Source of the DNA: an uncultured Candidatus Micrarchaeota archaeon
GTDB taxonomy: Archaea > Micrarchaeota > Micrarchaeia > Micrarchaeales > Micrarchaeaceae
Length of the DNA stretch: 64,000 nucleotides
NCBI GenBank assembly: GCA_903884115.1
Contig: CAISDH010000003.1
Span: 330-64,329, forward strand
Reading direction: 5' to 3'
Each line of letters begins with the position of its first letter. Position 1 is the first letter of the stretch. Under the pieces are notes generated by a model. That model was not told the origin of the DNA. It worked only from the letters and a program-made list of their open reading frames with translations, and searched no databases. The translations under genes and the position numbers were made by a program. Below, in pieces: positions 55,845 through 64,000 of the stretch.

Positions 55845-56013
55845 TGGCCGAAACGAAAGCCAGGAGCAATGCGCCTATCACGGCGTCTTTTCCAACTGTG
55901 CGCATGCCGTAATTCTCTCCGCTGCTGCCCAACAATATGAGAAGCATGCCAGTGTTCAATACAGCAAGGCACACTGCAAGCCCAATTCGTGCAAAGTATC
56001 TTTCAATCAACAT
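55828..56013 (-). CDS. Small membrane protein (2 TM), operon member
   Basis: I chose the start at 56013 (MLIERYF...), which overlaps the upstream stop as ATGTTGA. The track ORF extends to 56064. Confidence 0.4.
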   Translation of the reverse strand: MLIERYFARIGLAVCLAVLNTGMLLILLGSSGENYGMRTVGKDAVIGALLLAFVSAIVYFR

Positions 56014-57023
56014 CCAATCACACTCAATAACCCACTGAGCTCGTTGAAGAGCAAAAACGCGCACGAACTGGAGCTCCTTTCCAGAAGGGCTCGGATGGCT
56101 CTTTCCTCACCGCGTGCAGATACTGCTATGCTTACGCGATTCGAGCCATAAATCCCGCGCGCCGGGCCAGAATACATCTCAACGAAGTGAGCAATGCCAT
56201 TGGATTTTAAGAACGAGGATATGGACATACCGTCCTTCAGCGCATAGGATCCGGTGTTCATCGCAGTCTCGTAGAGTCTCTTTGCAGCTATTTCATGATA
56301 CGGCATTGCGCCTCTACAAAGCACACCATAATATGCGTCTGTGCAAACAGAGTTGACTGATTCCTTAATGCTGGCTGGGTTCCGATGGCTTGAAAGCTCA
56401 TACAAAGCAGCGGATACCTCCTCCACACTTACGGGCATTGTCTTCACCATGCGCATGCGAGCGTTTCGCCTGTGCAGTTGTGCTGCGGTATCGAGCACCA
56501 GTTTCTTGTCTAGTGTAGTGCAGTTGTCTTTCAGTTCGCTGTCAAATATGACTGTAATCTCTTTGTTTGAGGTGCTGCGCTCTGAGAGCATCCTGATGGA
56601 AACATAGAATGCCGCTCCAACCGGCAGAAGTGCAAGACTGAGATAGTTGCCGAAATAGTAGAGCAAATAATCTGCCATGCTACCTTCATATTTCATTGAT
56701 ATTGTATTCTTGCCTAAGGAGAACGGTGCGTACATGTTCAGTGCGCCGGTATAGTTAGTTGAGATGTTTGCGACGTATTCATTGTTCAGCACAATATCGA
56801 CAATCCTATTGCGTAGAGCTGAACCGTTGTAGTACAGGTACGCCACAATGTGGTTTCCATTGGATTCAATGGCATGCAGGCAAAGACCTTTGCACGTCTC
56901 AGCAGCGGAAATGTGCAATAGCGGCATGGAGAAAATCATAGCCAGAATCGTGCTGGTCAAGAGCAGGGTAGGTGTGCCTATCAATACATCACTTCTTTTC
57001 GGCCAGCAATGACGCAACTGCAT
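56007..57023 (-). CDS. Bitopic membrane protein: signal/anchor + extracellular domain + TM + cytoplasmic domain, operon member
   Basis: N-terminal KR-rich region then a hydrophobic region (VLIGTPTLLLTSTILAMIFSMPLL). Second TM YLSLALLPVGAAFYVSIRML. Confidence 0.5.
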   Translation of the reverse strand: MQLRHCWPKRSDVLIGTPTLLLTSTILAMIFSMPLLHISAAETCKGLCLHAIESNGNHIVAYLYYNGSALRNRIVDIVLNNEYVANISTNYTGALNMYAPFSLGKNTISMKYEGSMADYLLYYFGNYLSLALLPVGAAFYVSIRMLSERSTSNKEITVIFDSELKDNCTTLDKKLVLDTAAQLHRRNARMRMVKTMPVSVEEVSAALYELSSHRNPASIKESVNSVCTDAYYGVLCRGAMPYHEIAAKRLYETAMNTGSYALKDGMSISSFLKSNGIAHFVEMYSGPARGIYGSNRVSIAVSARGEERAIRALLERSSSSCAFLLFNELSGLLSVIGC

Positions 57024-57633
57024 TTATCTCCGCATTGTCAACGCCAAGGGAATGCAGTACTGCATGCCGTCCTGCCTCGCCCGTTCCGTTCATAAGAGCC
57101 GCCTTGTCCAGAATTTCAGCGCAGAACCCTCCGTATGCCTGCACTTTCTTCTCCAGCTCTTTATTTTCTCTTGAGAGCAAGACGAACTCGTGTGATATCG
57201 CTGCATTGGCGTTACTCAACGCATATATGCGCTGGTTCAACACATCATCGTATGGCCTGTCTTCAATTACGGAGAATGACCAGCTGTTGCGCAGCGCCTC
57301 TATGACATAACCGTAGACTCCTGTAAAGTCGATTGAATAGGACGCATCGAGATATGTAAGAATTGAAAGAAATCTGAGCAGATTGGTCGTGTATTCCCTG
57401 CGGTCAGGCTTCAAAAAGAAGAACCTAAGCGATATCGAATCTCTGTACAGCTCCAAAAGAGGATCGTTGCCCTTATTTGACGCATCAACAATAGCATATA
57501 CCAGCCTAGTTCCTGAAGAGTGCAGTCTTAGGCATTTGAAAGAGCTTAACGAACATCTCACTGCGGCCATATTGGCTTTTAGCCGCGTGTGCACGTGAAA
57601 ACATGAACTCAGCAATTGTTTATTGTACTGCAC
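56989..57633 (-). CDS. Soluble orphan protein (214 aa), operon member
   Basis: ORF overlapping both neighbours. No recognisable motif. Confidence 0.45.
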   Translation of the reverse strand: MQYNKQLLSSCFHVHTRLKANMAAVRCSLSSFKCLRLHSSGTRLVYAIVDASNKGNDPLLELYRDSISLRFFFLKPDRREYTTNLLRFLSILTYLDASYSIDFTGVYGYVIEALRNSWSFSVIEDRPYDDVLNQRIYALSNANAAISHEFVLLSRENKELEKKVQAYGGFCAEILDKAALMNGTGEAGRHAVLHSLGVDNAEINAVASLLAEKK

Positions 57634-58717
57634 GCTCGTACACCTCAGCTATTGTGACATCGCTTGTGCCAAGCGCTCTTAGATACGGCACTATGTCTTG
57701 TCTATGCAATCCAATTCCTAACAGGAACCTTACAAAGGCAGTCGCTTCAAGCTCCCTATCCTTGCTGCCTGCGTAGTTCTCTATCTTCTGCCATACGTCC
57801 GAGCCGGCAAAATGCCTCTCTGTGATTTTTTGGAAATCAACTCCAGCTATTTTCAGATGCATTGCATCACATCGTATACCGTAAACCCTAGTGTCAATGC
57901 CCTCTATGCGCTCTATAAAAAATCTCATGTGTTCCCTTGTTTCCCTTGTTGCCATAGAGAGCATGCATGAGCCCTGATGCAGTTGCAAGATGCTACGCTT
58001 CTCGCATTCTCCGATCATCCCAATATCCAGCAGAAATGCATAATCTGCGCTGTTCTGTAACCTGAAAAGCACAGTGCACGCGGCATTTGAGAGCACCTCC
58101 TTGTTCACATCGCTTGTCAGCTGCGTGGCCGTGACGATTCCGATCCCGTACTTTCTGCCTTCCCTGAACAATGCCCCGATATCGCCCGCGCTTTCGATGA
58201 AGCGCCACGCCTCATCGAGCACCACAATACGCCCAAGGTCCTTTTCTAGGCGCATCCTGTGCATATCGTCGATCAGCATGTCCAGCAAGCGTGCAGCAGT
58301 GCGTTTCCTTTCAGTATCGCTTTTAAGTGCCGACAGGTCTATGCTTGAGACCGAATCTGAAGCAATGGCTTCGAAGGACGTTTCCGCTGCAGTGGAATCC
58401 GCGACCGCCCCGCCAAGGAAGGATACAACATTGCCATACTCTCCGTTCCAATCGAGTACCAATACCTTAGTGTTGCAGCACAGCACATTTCTTGCTATCA
58501 GACTCTTCAGGAAGTAGGTCTTGCCCGCGCCTGACATGCCAAGCACTGCAATATGTGGGTTCAGTAGCTTGTGTACATTCAAGAAGAACGGTGTGCGATA
58601 TACTTTTGTCCTGCCTAGATAGACTCCAGAGCCATCTTCGAGCGAAGGCTCTGACATGCCATCCATGCACATCATCGTGCTCGCGTACTTTGCATTGGAG
58701 TTGATTCCTGTCAGCAT
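57620..58717 (-). CDS. VirB4/TrbE/CedB-like ATPase domain protein (365 aa)
   Basis: Walker A LGMSGAGKT, Walker B IVVLDEAW (the DEAW signature of VirB4-type ATPases) and GIGIVTATQ. Confidence 0.7.
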   Translation of the reverse strand: MLTGINSNAKYASTMMCMDGMSEPSLEDGSGVYLGRTKVYRTPFFLNVHKLLNPHIAVLGMSGAGKTYFLKSLIARNVLCCNTKVLVLDWNGEYGNVVSFLGGAVADSTAAETSFEAIASDSVSSIDLSALKSDTERKRTAARLLDMLIDDMHRMRLEKDLGRIVVLDEAWRFIESAGDIGALFREGRKYGIGIVTATQLTSDVNKEVLSNAACTVLFRLQNSADYAFLLDIGMIGECEKRSILQLHQGSCMLSMATRETREHMRFFIERIEGIDTRVYGIRCDAMHLKIAGVDFQKITERHFAGSDVWQKIENYAGSKDRELEATAFVRFLLGIGLHRQDIVPYLRALGTSDVTIAEVYERAVQ

Positions 58718-59445
58718 TCTATCAGCGTTGAGTCGAGTTCTAAGACGGTAGTAAGTTCATTGCCGGAAAGAGGCACGGGTTCTGCGCCAAGAAGTGCACC
58801 GAACCTGCCGGAAAGCTCCTTGATCTGTGATAGTGCGCGCTCAGAAGCGGTGAACTTGTTCTCCGACAGCGCGCTTGTCATGATATACTGGCGAAGTCTC
58901 ATTGGCGCGCTCGCGCTCAGTGCCGAAATCTCCTTCTCAAGTTCCGCAGTCTCCCTTTTCAGCGCATCGATCTTTGCGGTGTTCTTCTTCTCCGATGACG
59001 TGCTAAGTTTTGAAATTTCCAGGCGCTTCATGCTCATCTTGGTTTGCATCGCGTCGAGAAGCTTCTTTGCGCTCAGCCGTTCTACCTGAAGCACAAATTT
59101 GAAGGGAGCCCTGGTCTGCTGTATGATGCTTTCAAGCCGCTCAAGGTCCATGCCTTGCTTTGCGCTGGTTGTCAGCAATGCCGCTGCAGTCGCACTGAAC
59201 GTGCCATTTATCTTTCTTACTGCTGCTTCCCTTGCACTGCTCAGTTCGTACCCGTTGAATAGCTCAACTAAGCGTGTATGCTTGAATATAGCGGCTTCTA
59301 TGACATACCAGAGCCTGTAAAGCAGCGCAGTCACGAGTATTGTGCCGATGCTTGCGGCTATGAGTAGCATATTCATTGTGGCTATGCTTGCAAATGTGAT
59401 TATAGTTGCGAGCGCAAGCAGTGTTATGAACTTCCAGTCCTCCAT
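58711..59445 (-). CDS. Membrane protein with 2 N-terminal TM helices + coiled coil (possible VirB3/VirB4-N-like part of a split VirB4)
   Basis: TM helices ITLLALATIITFASIATMNMLLIAASIGTILVTALL, then a long helical region. It overlaps the ATPase gene by 7 nt. Confidence 0.45.
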   Translation of the reverse strand: MEDWKFITLLALATIITFASIATMNMLLIAASIGTILVTALLYRLWYVIEAAIFKHTRLVELFNGYELSSAREAAVRKINGTFSATAAALLTTSAKQGMDLERLESIIQQTRAPFKFVLQVERLSAKKLLDAMQTKMSMKRLEISKLSTSSEKKNTAKIDALKRETAELEKEISALSASAPMRLRQYIMTSALSENKFTASERALSQIKELSGRFGALLGAEPVPLSGNELTTVLELDSTLIEC

Positions 59446-59449
59446 ACAC

Positions 59450-60487
59450 TCACATTATATAGAGCCTTCCGAAGCTAATCTCCGAGCCCAGAACCCTTGC
59501 AAGCTCCCTTATTGAGATTGCAGTAAGTATCAGTCCCAATGCCGGTAGAAAGAATACCTGTATGACTATCTGTGCAATGAGATTCAGAAGTTGCTTGGCT
59601 GTGCCCTCAAGCGAATTCACCACATTGCCGAGAATGGCTGCAACTCCTGTACTGTTAGTGGTATTGAGATTCGACGCGCTGCTAACCAACCCATCTGCAA
59701 TGCTGCTAGTACTGAGTTCAAATGTGCTTATTGTCGTGCTGTTCAAGGCGCTGGTATATCCTGAAACAAGCTCCGCGTTGAGCACATATGTCAATGGCAG
59801 CACTGCGAAGAGCCCGATGGCGATCGCCATTATTGCGCCGCCCAGCCTTCTTGTGATATAGGTGATGCGAAGTATTATCCCAACGGGAAGGAGTATCTGC
59901 ACTGCAGTGAGGGCGACGAACTTGAGCAGAATCCCCTGAGCCTCAATGCTGACTATCGATGCTCCAAGAGCACCCATCACGTATCCAAGCTGGCTCAACA
60001 CAGGGTCGATCATACCTCCGAGACTGACACCGATAAGTCCGCTGCCTAGCTTAACTGCTCCTATGAGGCCCAAACCAACATACACTGAAACGATGCCTGC
60101 AAGCGTGCCGAAAGCGGTTTCTATAAGAGGCAGGTATGCAACGCCATTTATGCTCACTTGGCTGGTCCCTGCTAGATAGTTGTATGCAAAGCACAGAGCA
60201 TAATTACTGCTCATGAAGCCTTGGCATGTCGCAGACAACTGAACGCTTGATGTGATGCTGTTGATGATCATTGTAATGAAGCCATTACTGCTAAACGCGA
60301 AGATCAGGAGCCCAACAATCGCACCGTTAATCAATGCCTGCTGCAGCTCGGATCTTCCGAACTCTTTCAACCTCTTGTCCTCTGTGGCGAAGCCTATGCC
60401 TAAGACGATGCCCGATACGGAGAGCATCATTGCGACAAGGTCGATTGCAATATTATAGGTGCCGATATATGCAGACACCAAATTCAC
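59450..60487 (-). CDS. Polytopic membrane protein (6-7 TM), VirB6/TrbL/CedA-like
   Basis: 345 aa with G/A/I/L-rich helices and an S/T/N-rich extracellular loop near the C terminus. Confidence 0.5.
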   Translation of the reverse strand: MNLVSAYIGTYNIAIDLVAMMLSVSGIVLGIGFATEDKRLKEFGRSELQQALINGAIVGLLIFAFSSNGFITMIINSITSSVQLSATCQGFMSSNYALCFAYNYLAGTSQVSINGVAYLPLIETAFGTLAGIVSVYVGLGLIGAVKLGSGLIGVSLGGMIDPVLSQLGYVMGALGASIVSIEAQGILLKFVALTAVQILLPVGIILRITYITRRLGGAIMAIAIGLFAVLPLTYVLNAELVSGYTSALNSTTISTFELSTSSIADGLVSSASNLNTTNSTGVAAILGNVVNSLEGTAKQLLNLIAQIVIQVFFLPALGLILTAISIRELARVLGSEISFGRLYIM

Positions 60488-60488
60488 C

Positions 60489-60860
60489 TCAAATAGTGTT
60501 AACGGCTGTGAAGTTGCTCAAAAGCTGAGTTGATGCTACTGCTAGTGAAGTAGACGCCACGCTAAGAGCGCCGACCACGATGGCTCCTATTATTATATTT
60601 ATTGCGGCAGTGTGAAAGTTAGCCTTCTTGTCAGGAGGCAGCATCTGGCCCACAGCATAGAATATGCCTGCAAGTACGAACAGCACCGCGCTGAGTGCGG
60701 GTCCTATCTGCATGAGCACGAGCTTTATGCTGTCGAGCTCTGTAACAAGCTGTGACGCCGCATACATGCTTCTTGAGAACATCAGAAGCACGAAGAGCGG
60801 TACGGTTATGTATTTTGCAAACCTCAACAACCTCTGCGCTTCGAGAATTGGGCTATCCAT
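60489..60860 (-). CDS. VirB2/TrbC/CedA1-like pilin candidate (123 aa)
   Basis: Signal-anchor ending SMYAAS, then hydrophobic helix IGPALSAVLFVLAGIFYAVGQ, basic loop PPDKKANFH and second helix AAINIIIGAIVVGALSVA. Confidence 0.5.
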   Translation of the reverse strand: MDSPILEAQRLLRFAKYITVPLFVLLMFSRSMYAASQLVTELDSIKLVLMQIGPALSAVLFVLAGIFYAVGQMLPPDKKANFHTAAINIIIGAIVVGALSVASTSLAVASTQLLSNFTAVNTI

Positions 60861-61159
60861 TCAACTACCTATACTTTTACTCAAGTATATGAATGTATAG
60901 TTATTTAAGTATTTGTATACCTATCATAGTGATGTAAATTTGTGTTGGAAATGACGTATCTCTAACTCGTCTACGATAAATCTACGACAATGCGAAATAG
61001 GTCATCTTGCCCTTACGAAATCTGAATCTTCTCGATATTCTTGTCTGATTGTGCCATTACGTAGCTGTATCTGTAATAGATGGACTAAGTACTGAGCTGT
61101 CGAGAGAAGGTTGAAGAAAAAGCATAAATATTAAGAACGACGCCATACTGTACGGATGG

Positions 61160-62695
61160 ATGGCATTGGTGCACGGAATGGCACATGTTGCCTGTGGGTG
61201 TCGTGATTATATCCTAGCAGCAAAAACACAGCTTAGAGAGGGGCAGGAGCGCCATCTGGTGCGCCCACTATCATCGGACAAGTTTGATTTTGTAGCTATT
61301 AATGTGCCTTCCACTTTCCAGTTGGGGATAATCCCAGAGGACGAAGCCCCGCCTTGGGGGCTATTGCGCGTTGTGGCATGCGCCAGAGAGAAATTTGGTT
61401 TTAATGCAGGAATATTGGATGCGCACAAACTGAAGCTTAGCCTGAATGAGATTATAGAACAGATAGAGATAAGCGGTGCAAAGCTGATCGGAATCAACCC
61501 GACATCCGTAAATGTATCGGAAGGCAGGCGTATTGCCGACGCTTGTGATGAACGGAAGATACCTTACATTCTTGGCGGAGTGCATGCAACATTGTCTCCA
61601 CAGATTGCCCGTGGGGATTTCCCAAACGCATTCGCCATGGTGCGCGGAGACGGCGAACTTGCAATAGTGGAGATCATTCGCGCTGCTCTTGAGAGCGGAC
61701 CAAAATCCGAAGGAGCGGGAATATACTACAATGGGCACGAGATAGGCAGCAGAACGGACTACGCAAAAAGGATCAATCCTGCAGATGTTCCACTGATACG
61801 GCAAGATGAGTATGTTGAAGAGCCCATATACACGCACGTTATTTCCTTGGATGAAGAGCAACGAACAATACACGAAGCGACATTGTATGTAACGACAGGG
61901 TGCCCGTTTGAGTGCACGTTCTGCGCAGCTCCTGTCATGAACAACAAAGGTAATGGCCTGGCTTATCTCAGGCCGCGTATGTCAAGAATTGTGGATGAAG
62001 TGGAATACACAGTCAATAATCTGAAGGCTGACGCGATTCACTTCCTGGACGATATGGCATTCATAAGCGGAAGCAGCATCAAGGAATTTTACGTCGAATT
62101 GCAGGAACGCCACATGACCGGCACATTCATCTGGAGAGGACTTACCCGGGTGCCTGTTGTGCTGAGGGCTGATTTTAGCGATAACGTGACTGAACTTGCA
62201 AAAGAGACTGGACTCTGGAAACTGGCGTTGGGAATAGAGAGTGGCAACGACAAGATGCTTAGACAGATCAAAAAAGAGATAACCAAAGAGCAGGCAGTCC
62301 AGGCCATTGAGAAGTTGTCGCGTCATCAAGTGCAAACGAAGGGGTTCTTCATCATGGGCTTTCCAGGCGAAACCGAGGACCAAATAAAAGAGACACGCGA
62401 GTTTATCCTGCTCTTGAAAGACAAAGGAATGACAGATGTGTCTGTTTATCAGTTCAAGCCATACCCCGGAACGTTGGAGCGGCAACGGCTTGTAGAATTG
62501 AGGCCTGAACTTGCAAATAAGCTCGATTATTTCGAACCTCCTGAAGGAGGGAAAAGCGACCCGAGATACGGCTTTGGCAAAGGTGCATGGTTGCCTGACG
62601 ACCAGCTGATAGCCGAAATACCTAGCTGGAAAGTAAAAGAGTATATATTAGGAACCATGAAAGAGTTCTACGGTTCTTATCTGAGAGTTGATTGA
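61160..62695 (+). CDS. B12-binding-domain radical SAM protein (paralog class of 13707..15209); start uncertain
   Basis: ILGGVHATLSP (B12-like domain), CPFECTFC cluster, GFPGETED. A GTG near 61258 is a plausible true start. Confidence 0.75.
   Translation: MALVHGMAHVACGCRDYILAAKTQLREGQERHLVRPLSSDKFDFVAINVPSTFQLGIIPEDEAPPWGLLRVVACAREKFGFNAGILDAHKLKLSLNEIIEQIEISGAKLIGINPTSVNVSEGRRIADACDERKIPYILGGVHATLSPQIARGDFPNAFAMVRGDGELAIVEIIRAALESGPKSEGAGIYYNGHEIGSRTDYAKRINPADVPLIRQDEYVEEPIYTHVISLDEEQRTIHEATLYVTTGCPFECTFCAAPVMNNKGNGLAYLRPRMSRIVDEVEYTVNNLKADAIHFLDDMAFISGSSIKEFYVELQERHMTGTFIWRGLTRVPVVLRADFSDNVTELAKETGLWKLALGIESGNDKMLRQIKKEITKEQAVQAIEKLSRHQVQTKGFFIMGFPGETEDQIKETREFILLLKDKGMTDVSVYQFKPYPGTLERQRLVELRPELANKLDYFEPPEGGKSDPRYGFGKGAWLPDDQLIAEIPSWKVKEYILGTMKEFYGSYLRVD
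61176..61205 (+). repeat. Second copy of the 30-nt segment from the SDR gene
   Basis: GAATGGCACATGTTGCCTGTGGGTGTCGTG. It lies in the 5' region of the rSAM ORF, in a different frame from the SDR copy. Confidence 0.9.
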
Positions 62696-63311
62696 CGTGC
62701 CGGCCAAGATAATACTTGCATCAGGTTCACAGAATCGTCGTGACATTCTGGAATCTCTTGGAGTAAATTTTGAAGTAATGCCTAGCAACGTTGACGAAAG
62801 GGCAGTCAAGGAATCAGATCCAGTGAAGAAGGCGGAGATGATAGCGCAGCTAAAAGCGCGCGCGGTGGCGTCAAAGTGCGAAGGGATAGTGATCGCTGCA
62901 GACACCTTTGGTATGCTAGGCAAAGAAGAATTGCAAAAGCCCAAAGACCTGGATGACGCACGCCAGATGCTCAGGAAGGAATCCGGAAAAAAGATAAAGA
63001 TGGTCACCGGAATGTGCATCATCGACACACTAAGTAGAAAAGAAACAATCACGTCCAGGACCGCTTTCATAAAATGCAAGGAGTTGACGGACACGGAAAT
63101 CGAGCATTATATAAAAACCAGGCCGGTGACCGAATGGGCGGGATCATACAATCCACAGGACAAAGTTTCGTCCACCATCTTCGCACCAGCTTCTGATTAC
63201 ATCTACGGCATGGAGCGATTCAGCTTGCCGATTGATGCGCTTGCCAGCACTCTGGCTCAGACAGGAATAAAGATCGACGTGTTGAAGCTCAATGCCTTGC
63301 CTGATGTATAA
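62688..63311 (+). CDS. maf: Maf-like nucleoside triphosphate pyrophosphatase
   Basis: KIILASGSQNRRDILESLGVNFEVMPSNVDE. An alternative GTG start lies at 62697. Confidence 0.8.
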   Translation: MIDVPAKIILASGSQNRRDILESLGVNFEVMPSNVDERAVKESDPVKKAEMIAQLKARAVASKCEGIVIAADTFGMLGKEELQKPKDLDDARQMLRKESGKKIKMVTGMCIIDTLSRKETITSRTAFIKCKELTDTEIEHYIKTRPVTEWAGSYNPQDKVSSTIFAPASDYIYGMERFSLPIDALASTLAQTGIKIDVLKLNALPDV

Positions 63312-63313
63312 GA

Positions 63314-63991
63314 CTATTGGTATCGCATGGTGGGCATCAAGCCCTCAGGACCTATCCAGAACTCCCTTCTAAGCACCTTGCCTACCGAATAATCTCTGAG
63401 ATGCTCCAGGAGCAGGTCCATCATCATTCTTTCTGCAAGGGCTCCCCGCTCCCTTGGCGTGCCAAAATCAAAATGCCGCAAAGTCACAATTAGCAGTGAG
63501 AAGTACTGCGGTTTAACTGTTGATCCCAGCGTTATCTGGTCGTTATTGGCCCATTTCGTGCCCGCTCCTGCCTCTTCAAGCGCTTTACTGTCTGAAACGG
63601 CCAATTGCATTGCATATGTGTTTGGTTTCTGGCGTGCGTGCATGTAGTGGAAGAAAGAGGTATCCATTTCCTGATCCCAGGTGACTGGCAACTTGTATGA
63701 ATTTATAAACAGCTTCAGTCCTGTGGTCCAGAAGCTTACATTGCCGCCCTCCGGAGTTATCGGCTCGATTCCATTGTTCAGTATCGGACTTATGGCATCG
63801 CCGCGCTTGATGCCATGATAGACTGTTTCTATCTTTTCCGAAAGCTTCAGGATCTCGAATACTTTTGCAGGCTCAGCATTGCAGATTCTACCTATCTCAG
63901 TTGCATATAAATAGTAATTTTCGTCAGATATGCGGGCAGACATCCTCTTATCATGTGTCGACGTTGTGGTAGACGTCCTGAGCACAGGCAC
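63314..63991 (-). CDS. Hypothetical protein (225 aa)
   Basis: Long ORF with no recognisable motif. Its upstream region runs off-window. Confidence 0.4.
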   Translation of the reverse strand: MPVLRTSTTTSTHDKRMSARISDENYYLYATEIGRICNAEPAKVFEILKLSEKIETVYHGIKRGDAISPILNNGIEPITPEGGNVSFWTTGLKLFINSYKLPVTWDQEMDTSFFHYMHARQKPNTYAMQLAVSDSKALEEAGAGTKWANNDQITLGSTVKPQYFSLLIVTLRHFDFGTPRERGALAERMMMDLLLEHLRDYSVGKVLRREFWIGPEGLMPTMRYQ

Positions 63992-64000
63992 CCCCTATTC

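Noticed and set aside
53257-60860. Operon as an archaellum or type IV pilus locus
   Set aside because: No GspE/FlaI-type ATPase, no FlaJ/PilC-type platform protein, and no class III (prepilin peptidase) signal peptides were recognised. Both ATPases are FtsK/HerA/VirB4-like.
39088-61205. The two 30-nt direct repeats as att sites bounding a 22-kb integrated element
   Set aside because: The interval contains core genes (GGGPS, RNase Z, tRNA-Val, TldD/PmbA, RtcB) and no integrase. A whole-interval mobile element is implausible, so only a local scar or border interpretation is kept.
1-64000. Search for rRNA genes, transposases/IS elements, integrases and CRISPR-Cas genes
   Set aside because: No ORF shows DDE/HUH transposase, tyrosine/serine recombinase or Cas signatures, and no rRNA-like conserved stretches were noticed. 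This absence was judged by eye only and should be confirmed with HMM/Rfam scans.

Overview
Compact archaeal chromosome segment. It is more than 85% coding, with many 1-8 nt or ATGA-type gene overlaps. TATA boxes sit about 25-40 nt upstream of start codons, and GTGAT-type Shine-Dalgarno motifs recur. The archaeal assignment rests on GGGP synthase, Sec61beta/SecE, SecD/SecF, NMD3, RIO kinase, RtcB, RNase Z, DUF460/DUF763 proteins and an intron-containing tRNA. The small, tightly packed gene set and the non-canonical tRNA intron suggest a DPANN-like (Micrarchaeota-type) or Thermoplasmata-like organism; that is inference and needs a database search.

Housekeeping content: secDF, rio, thiI, secE, an ABC-2 exporter, a YchF/DRG-like GTPase, nnr, argS, a complete 2-oxoacid dehydrogenase operon (E1a-E1b-E2-E3) with an FNR-like reductase, PMM, a PRODH-like protein, an SDR epimerase, GGGPS, RNase Z, a TldD/PmbA pair, an Lrp regulator, an EamA transporter, two Nudix proteins, RtcB, Maf and two B12-type radical SAM enzymes. 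There are four tRNAs: Leu-CAG, Arg-CCU with a T-loop intron, Glu-CUC and Val-GAC.

Accessory content:
1. A nine-gene operon at 53.3-60.9 kb encodes a VirB2-like pilin, a VirB6-like polytopic protein, a split VirB3/VirB4-like ATPase, a second HerA/TraG-like ATPase and several membrane orphans. This looks like a conjugation/Ced-Ted-like transfer apparatus and is my top candidate for a novel system.
2. A roughly 90-nt upstream element occurs at least 7 times, always directly 5' of lineage-specific orphan genes, in two clusters (15.9-18.3 kb and 32.7-36.0 kb). The second cluster is a decaying tandem triplication of a module made of a small variable ORF A, a small conserved ORF B (ATGA-coupled to A) and a convergent 382-aa orphan.
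3. Three vapBC modules are present. One is flanked by a 46-bp duplication of the argS 3' end.

No rRNA, CRISPR array, transposase or integrase was recognised.
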